Shown here in pieces: positions 32,986-39,533 of a stretch of DNA of 39,533 nucleotides. Below the pieces are notes generated by a model. It did no database searches and was not told the origin of the DNA. It saw only the letters and a program-made list of their open reading frames with translations. The first letter of the stretch is position 1, and each line of letters opens with the position of its first letter. The stretch lies in the IMG/VR virus record IMGVR_UViG_3300045988_094722. One strand, 5' to 3'. Position numbers and translations under genes: made by a program. The stretch is from a virus.

Positions 32986-34176
32986 CTATTTGTTCTCTTT
33001 TTGTTCCTTTACATACTTGAACTTTTTCATCTCTTCGGCCAGATAATCGGCGCTGTGGGCGGTGTAATAGTCCGCCGTAGTGGTGAAATCGGAGTGGCCA
33101 AGAATGGCCTGTACGGCAGTCGGTTCTGCCTTGCCTTCCACAAGGCGGGTCGCAGCGGTTCGGCGAAGAGAATGCGGGGTGACGCGCTTTTCCTTCGGCG
33201 TGTCGGGCCTGTTGATCTCGCAGACTTCCATCATCCGGCGGAAAGAATGCTCGACCGTGTTCACGTCCTTCTTGCGCCCGTTGGCCGTTGGGAGCAGATA
33301 CTCGCTGCCCAGGCTATCCAGCATCCAACCGGCCAGGATGGTGCGGATGGGGTCGAGAATTGGAATCATTCGCTGACGGCCTGCATCGGTCTTTTCGCCG
33401 CCGATCAGATACCCGGCATCCAGATGCACATCATCCCGGCGCATGGAAAGCAGTTCATCAATGCGCATCCCAGTATAAACCAGCACAATGGAAAATTGAG
33501 CGGTAAAGCGGAACCGGTTGTTTTTGCTGCGATCATCGGCAAGAGCCTGAATCTTGGCAATCTCTTCGTCTGTGAGGGTGCGTTCTTTTTTGGGCGGGGG
33601 AGCGGGAAGCTTCAGCCCCTCCGCATAGTTTGTCGAAATGATATCGTTCTGCATGGCCCACTTGCAAAGCTGGCTGAAGAGCTGCCGTTGCTTCTCACAG
33701 GTGCTTCGCGAAAGCCCGTCCTCGGCCAGCTCAGTGATGATCTTTTGATAGTCCTCGGTCTTCAGCTCCCGCATTTCGCAGTCCCAGAGGGAAGAGGCCT
33801 TTGTATATGCCTGCTCGTAGCTGTACCGGCCATTTTCACCCACTTCCTTGAAATGCACAGCATTCCATCGTTCATAGACATCCTTGAAAGTGTACCGCAT
33901 CCGCGCGACGCTCGAATGTTTGGCGTTGTACTCGTCCAATGCGATGACCGCTTCGGATGACGTGGCGAACATCCCCAAAAGCTCCCCTTTGCCCGTTCTG
34001 GCCATCCACGGGCGGGATCTATGGGAGTCGGTCAATTTTCGCACACTGCCGCTGCCCTTTGGGCGGCGGCGCTTTTTTCTTTGCGCGGGCGGTGCGGTCT
34101 CCGGCTGACGCTTGCCACACCATGGGCAGAATGCAGCGCCGTCCGGGATCTCTCGCTTGCATCTGATACAGTTCAT
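32986..34176 (-). CDS. int: Tyrosine integrase with N-terminal zinc ribbon
   Basis: The R...HSLRRT...LGHS...Y catalytic pattern, and N-terminus CIRCKREIPDGAAFCPWCGK. Confidence 0.9.
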   Translation of the reverse strand: MNCIRCKREIPDGAAFCPWCGKRQPETAPPAQRKKRRRPKGSGSVRKLTDSHRSRPWMARTGKGELLGMFATSSEAVIALDEYNAKHSSVARMRYTFKDVYERWNAVHFKEVGENGRYSYEQAYTKASSLWDCEMRELKTEDYQKIITELAEDGLSRSTCEKQRQLFSQLCKWAMQNDIISTNYAEGLKLPAPPPKKERTLTDEEIAKIQALADDRSKNNRFRFTAQFSIVLVYTGMRIDELLSMRRDDVHLDAGYLIGGEKTDAGRQRMIPILDPIRTILAGWMLDSLGSEYLLPTANGRKKDVNTVEHSFRRMMEVCEINRPDTPKEKRVTPHSLRRTAATRLVEGKAEPTAVQAILGHSDFTTTADYYTAHSADYLAEEMKKFKYVKEQKENK

Positions 34177-34766
34177 TCTTTTTGCCCTTTCTTGGTCATA
34201 TAGGCGGTTTCTCCGCGTCTGGAAGCTTCCTTGCCTGCCTTGTACGAGGTCTCCAGCAAATCCAACGGCGGGTGCACATCATCTGGCACGGGGTCCGTAT
34301 GGGTGGCAACGGCGCAGTTATAGTTATCCAGCACCTGACCGCAGACCGAAACCTTGTTTTGCAGCGGCGTGTGAAGGTTGGCACAGATTTCGGCAATCGC
34401 CGCCGGGGGATAGCTGCCATGCTTTCCCAGCGCGATGAAGAGGATCATCTCTTTGACGATGCGGGGGGAATTATCCAAAAAGCCCGCTATCGCTGCATCC
34501 AGCTCCTCGTCCGTCATGTCGGTGGCCTGCTTCCGATACAGCTCTGGGTGCAGCATCTCCTGCATTGCAGCTAGTGGGGAAGCCCCGCAGGCGGTGAACC
34601 AGTCCATGATCTCGTCACCGTCTGGGCTTGACTGCCCTTTTTCCCAGTTCTGCACGGTGCGCTCGGTCATCCCGATCAGGTGCGCCATTTCCCGCTGGCT
34701 CAAGCCCGCTTCCACACGCGCCTTTGCAAGCGCAGTGCCAATTTTAGCCGCCGTAAAATAACTCAT
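34173..34766 (-). CDS. XRE-family HTH regulator with uncharacterised C-domain (197 aa), translationally coupled to int
   Basis: HTH motif LSQREMAHLIGMTERTVQNWEKGQSSP, and an ATGA overlap with the int start. Confidence 0.85.
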   Translation of the reverse strand: MSYFTAAKIGTALAKARVEAGLSQREMAHLIGMTERTVQNWEKGQSSPDGDEIMDWFTACGASPLAAMQEMLHPELYRKQATDMTDEELDAAIAGFLDNSPRIVKEMILFIALGKHGSYPPAAIAEICANLHTPLQNKVSVCGQVLDNYNCAVATHTDPVPDDVHPPLDLLETSYKAGKEASRRGETAYMTKKGQKE

Positions 34767-34797
34767 ACTCGTCCTTCCCCTCGAAATATATTGCGCG

Positions 34798-34833
34798 AAA
34801 CAAACAAAAAACGACGCAGAATTTTTCTGCGCC
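34798..34833 (-). terminator. Minus-strand intrinsic terminator upstream of the XRE gene
   Basis: The minus strand reads GGCGCAGAA-aaa-TTCTGCGTC followed by GTTTTTTGTTTGTTT. Confidence 0.5.
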
Positions 34834-34930
34834 GTTCGACAAAATGATTGCTGATTTCAATTTCCTCTGGCGCATGGTAAAATTTGGTACATAGATTGAC
34901 ACAATCGCCAAAAATCAGGAGGAAAACAAA

Positions 34931-35041
34931 ATGGATTTAGAGCAAAGAAACAGTAAAGAAAACGAAATGACCCTCATTGACGGAATGCCCGCCAGCGTTC
35001 TGACCGGCACCGACCGCACACCGCAGCCCTGGGAGGAATGA
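34931..35041 (+). CDS. Possible 36-aa peptide
   Basis: Strong SD CAGGAGGAAAACAAAATG. The same 18-mer precedes 35913. Confidence 0.4.
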   Translation: MDLEQRNSKENEMTLIDGMPASVLTGTDRTPQPWEE

Positions 35042-35044
35042 TCT

Positions 35045-35245
35045 ATGGATAAGATGCAGCTGTTTTGTCGCCACATCCGCGCCGCGCTTGCCTGCTATGA
35101 GGACATGCCGCCCGAAGGGCAAGCCCGCGCCCGGCTCTACGTCACCCGCAAGGCCGGTGCCATCCGCAACCTCAAAGCCGCTTCCGATGCTCCCGGCGGG
35201 GAGCTGGCAGGGGAGCTGTTTCAGAAAATGCAGCAGCTGGATTAG
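35045..35245 (+). CDS. Hypothetical protein (66 aa)
   Basis: ORF track; SD GGGAGGAA. Confidence 0.55.
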   Translation: MDKMQLFCRHIRAALACYEDMPPEGQARARLYVTRKAGAIRNLKAASDAPGGELAGELFQKMQQLD

Positions 35246-35805
35246 TACCCGTTTGCACTTACGCCATACTCCGCCTGACTCGGCGTGAAGCCTTCGTATT
35301 CAAGCTGCTGAATAAGTCCGGAACGAGAAAAGGACATTGTATTCAAGTAGTTTTTTGCACGTTTTGCAGCCTGCTCGTTCCAGTCGGCTCCACAGTTGTC
35401 GGCAGCATACGTTGCATCCTCTGTGGAATAGCCCTCATATTCGAGCTGATGAATCAGGCCATCGTGAGAAAATGCAATAGAGTTCAAATAATTTTCAGCC
35501 GAACGTAGTGCATTTTTTTGCCCCATCGTAAGATTTGACGTTTCGGACGAAACAGAAACAGAAGGTGTCCGGCTGGCCGTTCCAGTCGTGACAGATTCGC
35601 TATCCCCGCCGGAAGCAACCACGATTATCCAAAAAATCAAGACAAAAATAATGACCGTAAAGCAGCCAAGACCTTTCTTCTTTTTTGGCTTTTCCTTTTC
35701 AGGTTCCGGCGTGGAATACTGTTTTACACCACTTTTTATTGGTGTTCCGCATTCCGTGCAGAATTTTGCATCTCCAACCTCAGTACCGCAATTTGGACAT
35801 TTCAT
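35242..35805 (-). CDS. Ltp-repeat surface protein (candidate superinfection exclusion) with N-terminal zinc ribbon and TM anchor
   Basis: Start at MKCPNCG (SD GAGGTG). It has a TM segment and two Ltp-like repeats (...NALRSAENYLNSIAFSHDGLIHQLEYEGYS... and ...AKNYLNTMSFSRSGLIQQLEYEGFT...). Confidence 0.8.
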   Translation of the reverse strand: MKCPNCGTEVGDAKFCTECGTPIKSGVKQYSTPEPEKEKPKKKKGLGCFTVIIFVLIFWIIVVASGGDSESVTTGTASRTPSVSVSSETSNLTMGQKNALRSAENYLNSIAFSHDGLIHQLEYEGYSTEDATYAADNCGADWNEQAAKRAKNYLNTMSFSRSGLIQQLEYEGFTPSQAEYGVSANGY

Positions 35806-35912
35806 AAGCAATAGCACCTCACAACATATTTTTACAATATCTCTTGCAATGTACAACTGAAAGGTGTATAATGCAAGAGAACCCAAAACAATTTGAACAG
35901 GAGGAAAACAAA

Positions 35913-36041
35913 ATGCAGGATATCATCTTTACAGCCGAAATCTATCATCGTATAATAGAAGCGTATAAGACGAACCCTGCATTCAAGGACTCCCTTCTCA
36001 AGCTTCTCAACAACACCTCGAAAGGAGAAAACAATGCTTAA
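35913..36041 (+). CDS. Possible 42-aa protein
   Basis: The same CAGGAGGAAAACAAAATG translation initiation region as 34931. Confidence 0.45.
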   Translation: MQDIIFTAEIYHRIIEAYKTNPAFKDSLLKLLNNTSKGENNA

Positions 36042-36261
36042 AAACAGTATTAAAATTCACATCCCTGATCCGGACGACAAAATCCCTGTGGACGTAGAGG
36101 TGAACGGAGCAAAAATTGACAACATCCTGGCTTACTCCATCGTACAAAAAGAAGGGGAATACTGCGCCACCGTTGATCTCAAATTTGATGTTTACAGCAG
36201 AGTGGACATCAGTTTGAATGAAAAAATCACAGACGCATTTAAGGCAAAAGGACTGTGCTGA
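36034..36261 (+). CDS. Hypothetical protein (75 aa)
   Basis: ORF track; SD AAAGGAGAAAA. Confidence 0.6.
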   Translation: MLKNSIKIHIPDPDDKIPVDVEVNGAKIDNILAYSIVQKEGEYCATVDLKFDVYSRVDISLNEKITDAFKAKGLC

Positions 36262-36619
36262 CCGCTGATTTTGCAACTTCCTTTCCGATGTCGGCTATTT
36301 CTCGGATGGTTGCAGCACCGGCCTGCTGTGCAATGTTCTTTACCTTTGCCCATTGGCTGTTGTCTCTCACCGTATTCAAGAACTGATGGCCGGAATAAGT
36401 AATCCCCTTAACAACTCCGGCTATCTGATAGTTTGTATACCGTTTTATGATGGCGTCGATATATCCGGCGTCTTTCAGTTGCATGCAGGCATAAGTCACA
36501 TCATCATCTGAAAAATCCGGAAGCTTCTTTGCAAGAGACTTCGTATCAGTGATCTCTCCAAGCCGCAAATTTTCGAGTTGAAGCAGAACAGCGCGCATAC
36601 AATCCTCGTTGAAAACCAT
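36239..36619 (-). CDS. DUF2513-like winged-helix protein
   Basis: The pattern VLLQLEN... and YSGHQFLNTVRDNSQWAKVK matches DUF2513. Confidence 0.75.
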   Translation of the reverse strand: MVFNEDCMRAVLLQLENLRLGEITDTKSLAKKLPDFSDDDVTYACMQLKDAGYIDAIIKRYTNYQIAGVVKGITYSGHQFLNTVRDNSQWAKVKNIAQQAGAATIREIADIGKEVAKSAVSTVLLP

Positions 36620-36657
36620 AGAGCCTCTTTCTTCCCGCCCTTCCCGGCGGGATTTTT

Positions 36658-37020
36658 TTATAAGATGTGCATCGCCTTGAGGAGGTTATACATATCTTGA
36701 CAGCCTTCTTCCGTCTGGATCTTCTCAGTAACGGCGTTCAAAACTTCCAGCTGCTCCGGCGTATATTGTGTAGCATCCAGCCCGGCGGGTAATCCGCTGG
36801 GCTTTTCTTTTTGCTCTTCGCCCATAAGCTCTTCGATAGAAATTTGCAGGAAATCGGCCACAAGAGATAGCTTGTCTTTTGGCGGATACCGTTTACCGTT
36901 AGCCCATTTTCCCACCGTTCCGTTAGCAAAATTCAAATCCTTCTCCATTTTTGTAATGGAGCTGTTTTTGTTTTTGCACGATACACGGATAAATTCTACT
37001 AACTCAGGCAATGAACGCAT
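36658..37020 (-). CDS. cI-like XRE-family repressor (120 aa)
   Basis: Start at 37020 (SD GGAGG 8 nt upstream). It has an HTH and is divergent from the Cro-like gene. Confidence 0.85.
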   Translation of the reverse strand: MRSLPELVEFIRVSCKNKNSSITKMEKDLNFANGTVGKWANGKRYPPKDKLSLVADFLQISIEELMGEEQKEKPSGLPAGLDATQYTPEQLEVLNAVTEKIQTEEGCQDMYNLLKAMHIL

Positions 37021-37038
37021 AAAAAAATCCTCCAATAG

Positions 37039-37079
37039 CCTAATTTTCTATTGACAACTAGAAAATTAGGCTATATAAT
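37039..37079 (+). promoter_or_regulatory. Early lytic promoter (TTGACA-17 nt-TATAAT) embedded in a 12-bp perfect inverted-repeat operator
   Basis: CCTAATTTTCTA (37039-37050) and TAGAAAATTAGG (37059-37070) flank TTGACA (37051-37056). TATAAT is at 37074-37079, and a third half-site ATTTTCTA is at 37180-37187. Confidence 0.75.
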
Positions 37080-37219
37080 AGGGAGCGTAAGGAGCGAACA
37101 AAATAAAGCCCCTGACAATATTATATCGGGCAACCGCTAGATTTTATTCACTTTGTACCTTGCAAATACATAGTAGCATATTTTCTAGCGATTTTCAAGC
37201 CCGGAAAGGAGAATTGCTA

Positions 37220-37432
37220 GTGAATGTTTCAAAAATCGACCAGTTTTGCAAGCTGCATGGTCTGAGCCGTACCGATTTGGAAGAGGCGGCGGGCCTGAGC
37301 AACGGCGCAATTGGCAAGTGGGAGCGCAGCGTGTACGGGCCCAGTATCAGCCAGCTGATGAAGGTGGCCCGATACTTTAAGGTATCCGTGGACAAGCTGC
37401 TGGTGGAAGAAAAAGGAGGAAAGACAGCGTGA
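37220..37432 (+). CDS. Cro-like XRE HTH protein (70 aa)
   Basis: GTG start after GGAAAGGAGAA. HTH motif LSRTDLEEAAGLSNGAIGKWERS. Confidence 0.75.
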   Translation: MNVSKIDQFCKLHGLSRTDLEEAAGLSNGAIGKWERSVYGPSISQLMKVARYFKVSVDKLLVEEKGGKTA

Positions 37433-37665
37433 ACAACAGCAAAAAGCCCGGCGATCCTGTGGAAGAGGAAGGCCGGGAGGAGCTGGAGTACCAGCTTTGG
37501 AAATTTCGCAAGGAGATCGAAGAAGCAGATCGGCGAGACGACGAAAGAAGAGAACGCGAACGCAAATATAATCGAACCACCACCAAGATTATAATTGCGA
37601 CAATCGGGTTTCAACTGGTAACACTCATTTGCCAAGTCATCTATCTCGTGAGGAAATTCACCTGA
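37429..37665 (+). CDS. Tail-anchored membrane protein (78 aa)
   Basis: GTG start after AAGGAGGA overlapping the previous TGA. It has a charged helix followed by a C-terminal TM segment. Confidence 0.6.
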   Translation: MNNSKKPGDPVEEEGREELEYQLWKFRKEIEEADRRDDERRERERKYNRTTTKIIIATIGFQLVTLICQVIYLVRKFT

Positions 37666-37954
37666 CAAGTGCGAGAATTGCAGCGACCATCGAAACAAAC
37701 GAAATCAGAAGGGAAGCAACTGTAAGCCAGCGATTTACACGATTTTCCTTCGCCTGCTCACGTTTTTCGCCTTCTCTTTTTCTCTCGCTTTCCTCAAAGG
37801 CTTTTCGCAATTGTTCCGTTTCATCCGCAGCGCGGAGCGACCCGGACTTATGCAGAGCATTGAGCGTTGCTTCTTCCGCGCGTCCCTCGTCGTACAATCC
37901 TTGCGCCATCCGAGTTTGGCGCACAAGTTCCGCAGGATCTACACTACCCATCAT
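37658..37954 (-). CDS. Tail-anchored membrane protein (98 aa)
   Basis: Start at MMGSVD (SD GGGAGGTG). It has a charged helix followed by a C-terminal TM segment. Its 3' end overlaps 37429..37665 by 8 nt. Confidence 0.55.
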   Translation of the reverse strand: MMGSVDPAELVRQTRMAQGLYDEGRAEEATLNALHKSGSLRAADETEQLRKAFEESERKREGEKREQAKENRVNRWLTVASLLISFVSMVAAILALVR

Positions 37955-38017
37955 TTTCACCTCCCTTCCCAGACCATTATAACAGGCCAGAGGAAGAGCC
38001 ACAAGAAAGGAGTTTAC

Positions 38018-38755
38018 ATGACAGACATCATCTTATCCACCCAGAACGGCGAGCCGGTGGCATCCAGCCGCCAGATCGCCGAGAGTTTCGGCAAGGAGCA
38101 CAAAGACGTGCTTCGCGCAATCGAGAATATCAAAGCGCAAAATTGCGCTCTGACCTCCATGTTCTTTGAAGCTACCTACACCGCCGGAACAGGCAAGGCG
38201 TACCCCATGTACCTGATGAACCGTGACGGCTTCACCCTGCTGGCTATGGGCTTTACTGGCAAGGCAGCGCTGGAGTGGAAACTGAAGTACATTGCAGCGT
38301 TCAACGAGATGGAGAAGAAGCTGAACGCTCCGCAGATGCCCAAACTCAGCAAGGAGATGCAGGCGCTGTTCCTGTTGGACGACCGCACCCAGAAACAGGA
38401 GCAGCGGCTCACGGCGCTGGAGAACACCATGACGGTGGACTACAACCAGCAGCGCGTACTGCGCAAGAGCATCAGCCGGTCGGTGATCTGCGCCCTTGGC
38501 GATGAGAAAGCACCGGCCTACATCGACAACCATGTGCGCAGCAAGGTGTACAGCGAGTGCAACCACGATGTGCAGGACTGGTTCCGGGTGAACAGCGTGG
38601 GGAACATCCCCCGCAAGCGCTTTGACGAGGCTGTGGAGTACATTCAGCGCTGGAAGCCCAGCACCAACACCGTGATGCTGATCCAGCAGACCAATGGGCA
38701 GACCAGCCTGTTTGAGATGGGTGCACAAAATGACACTGACCGCATGGGTCGTTAA
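38018..38755 (+). CDS. Rha-family regulatory protein / antirepressor with ORF6C-like C-domain
   Basis: SSRQIAESFGKEHKDVLRAIEN...MNRDGFTLLAMGFTGKAALEWKLKYIAAFNEME is typical of Phage_pRha. Confidence 0.85.
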   Translation: MTDIILSTQNGEPVASSRQIAESFGKEHKDVLRAIENIKAQNCALTSMFFEATYTAGTGKAYPMYLMNRDGFTLLAMGFTGKAALEWKLKYIAAFNEMEKKLNAPQMPKLSKEMQALFLLDDRTQKQEQRLTALENTMTVDYNQQRVLRKSISRSVICALGDEKAPAYIDNHVRSKVYSECNHDVQDWFRVNSVGNIPRKRFDEAVEYIQRWKPSTNTVMLIQQTNGQTSLFEMGAQNDTDRMGR

Positions 38756-38766
38756 GGAGGATCCCA

Positions 38767-39533
38767 ATGAGTGACAAAATTATCGCCTACAAGGGCATGG
38801 ACGAGAATATGTGCTGCCGTGGCAAGCAGTACGAGATTGGCAAGACCTACACCGAGGACAAGGCCATCTGCAGTATCTCCGGTATGCACGCATGCGAAAA
38901 CCCTCTGGACGTGTTCCAATACTACCGCCCAGACGGCAAGAACCGATTCTTCGAGGTCGAGTGCAACGGAGCTATCAACAAGGGAGAAAACGATAGCAAG
39001 CTTGCATGCACAGAGCTAAAGGTTGCCGGCGAGCTTAGTTTGGCGAAATTTATTCGATTGTCTGTGCAAACAACTTTTGAGCTGGCAATGAACCGTGCAA
39101 AGAAAAAGACGTCCGGCGATTCCAGCAGCGCGGCAACGTCCGGCTATTACAGCAGCGCGGCAACGTCCGGCGATCGCAGCAGCGCGGCAACGTCCGGCTA
39201 TTACAGCAGCGCGGCCACGTCCGGCGATCGCAGCAGCGCGGCAACGTCCGGCTATTACAGCATCGCGGCAACGTCCGGCGATCGCAGCAGCGCGGCAACG
39301 TCCGGCAATTACAGCAGCGCGGCAACGTCCGGCGATTCCAGCAGCGCGGCAACGTCCGGCGATTTTAGCAGCGCGGCAACGTCCGGCGATTCCAGCAGCG
39401 CGGCAACGTCCGGCGATTCCAGCAGCGCGGCAACGTCCGGCGATTCCAGCAGCGCGGCAACGTCCGGCAATCGCAGCAGCGCGGCAACGTCCGGCGATTC
39501 CAGCAGCGCGGCAACGTCCGGCAATCGCAGCAG
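38767..39533 (+). CDS. N-terminal part of the junction-spanning repeat protein: Cys/His-containing globular domain plus 9-aa repeats (no stop in window)
   Basis: ATG after AAGGAGG. N-terminus MSDKIIAYKGMDENMCCRGKQYEIGKTYTEDKAICSISGMHACENPLDVFQYY. The frame stays open to the window end and continues at base 56. Confidence 0.8.
   Translation, partial: MSDKIIAYKGMDENMCCRGKQYEIGKTYTEDKAICSISGMHACENPLDVFQYYRPDGKNRFFEVECNGAINKGENDSKLACTELKVAGELSLAKFIRLSVQTTFELAMNRAKKKTSGDSSSAATSGYYSSAATSGDRSSAATSGYYSSAATSGDRSSAATSGYYSIAATSGDRSSAATSGNYSSAATSGDSSSAATSGDFSSAATSGDSSSAATSGDSSSAATSGDSSSAATSGNRSSAATSGDSSSAATSGNRS
39109..39533 (+). repeat. 27-bp in-frame tandem repeat array (17 units in total across the junction)
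   Basis: The unit encodes TSG-xx-S(S/I/T)AA. 21 of the 27 nt are almost invariant, including silent sites, and 6 nt are variable. Confidence 0.95.

Larger units (their letters stand above)
1..39533. mobile_element. Complete circularly assembled temperate siphovirus-like phage genome (unique length 39478 bp)
   Basis: Bases 1-55 are identical to 39479-39533. attP, integrase and the repressor/Cro switch are intact, and full packaging, head, tail and lysis modules are present. Confidence 0.85.

Noticed and set aside
36634-36659. Plus-strand hairpin CCCGCC...GGCGGG plus a T7 tract between two minus-strand genes, as a functional terminator.
   Set aside because: It has only a 6-bp stem, and no plus-strand gene ends nearby. 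On the minus strand it lacks a U tract. It may damp antisense read-through from 36261, but the evidence is too thin to call.
39050-39524. Minus-strand ORFs in the repeat array (RTLPRCC... and PDVAALLES... repeats).
   Set aside because: They are mirror-frame artefacts of the 27-bp repeat. The plus-strand frame has a proper SD and ATG at 38767, a globular N-domain, and a C-terminal domain across the junction.
39109-39533. Regular 27-bp repeats as a possible CRISPR array.
   Set aside because: The units are directly abutting with no spacers, are in frame within a CDS, and have no leader or cas genes.
38767-39533. Diversity-generating retroelement as the source of the variable dipeptide.
   Set aside because: There is no reverse transcriptase and no template repeat anywhere in the genome. 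The variation is also not restricted to adenine-templated positions.
1-39533. Integrated prophage with host flanks (attL/attR).
   Set aside because: Phage genes run continuously through both window ends. The tRNA-Gly fragment is a partial gene internal to phage DNA (attP), and the 55-bp terminal identity indicates a circle.

Overview
This 39,533-nt window is a complete temperate siphovirus-type phage genome from a high-GC Gram-positive (Clostridia-like) host. It was assembled as a circle: bases 1-55 are identical to 39479-39533, so the unique length is 39,478 bp. One gene, encoding 17 copies of a 9-aa repeat, runs across that junction. In order: (1) A plus-strand early operon with an Xis-like HTH, a Rad52-type annealing protein, SSB, a DUF6291/DnaD-like replisome organiser containing an iteron block, ASCH, RusA and an ArpU-like regulator. 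(2) An ORF-free 0.8-kb block with one canonical tRNA-Trp and three non-canonical tRNA-like elements. (3) An AT-richer insert carrying a PLD/HKD protein flanked by three ORFs that share a Gly-rich N-terminal leader. (4) The structural and lysis genes: TerS, PBSX-type TerL, SPP1-type portal, gp7-like protein, tRNA-Met(CAT), scaffold, HK97-fold capsid, connectors, tail, Gp15, tape measure, Dit, Tal, a mosaic receptor-binding protein with a metallophosphoesterase domain, a GH25 endolysin and two holins. (5) Accessory DNA: two minus-strand cassettes driven by a duplicated 119-bp consensus promoter/5'UTR (one encodes a very acidic 89-aa protein, the other a 3-gene operon with a zinc-ribbon-array/AP2 protein and an RHH protein), then a 5-gene plus-strand cargo operon. 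(6) The lysogeny region: attP (3' 50 nt of tRNA-Gly-CCC), an integrase translationally coupled to an XRE regulator, an Ltp-like exclusion protein, DUF2513, a cI/Cro-type switch and a Rha/ORF6C antirepressor. I saw no CRISPR array, reverse transcriptase, transposase or rRNA. The most novel-looking items are the promoter-duplicated minus-strand cassettes, the tRNA-like block and the shared-leader ORFs around the PLD gene. All functional calls rest on motif recognition by eye, because no database search was possible.
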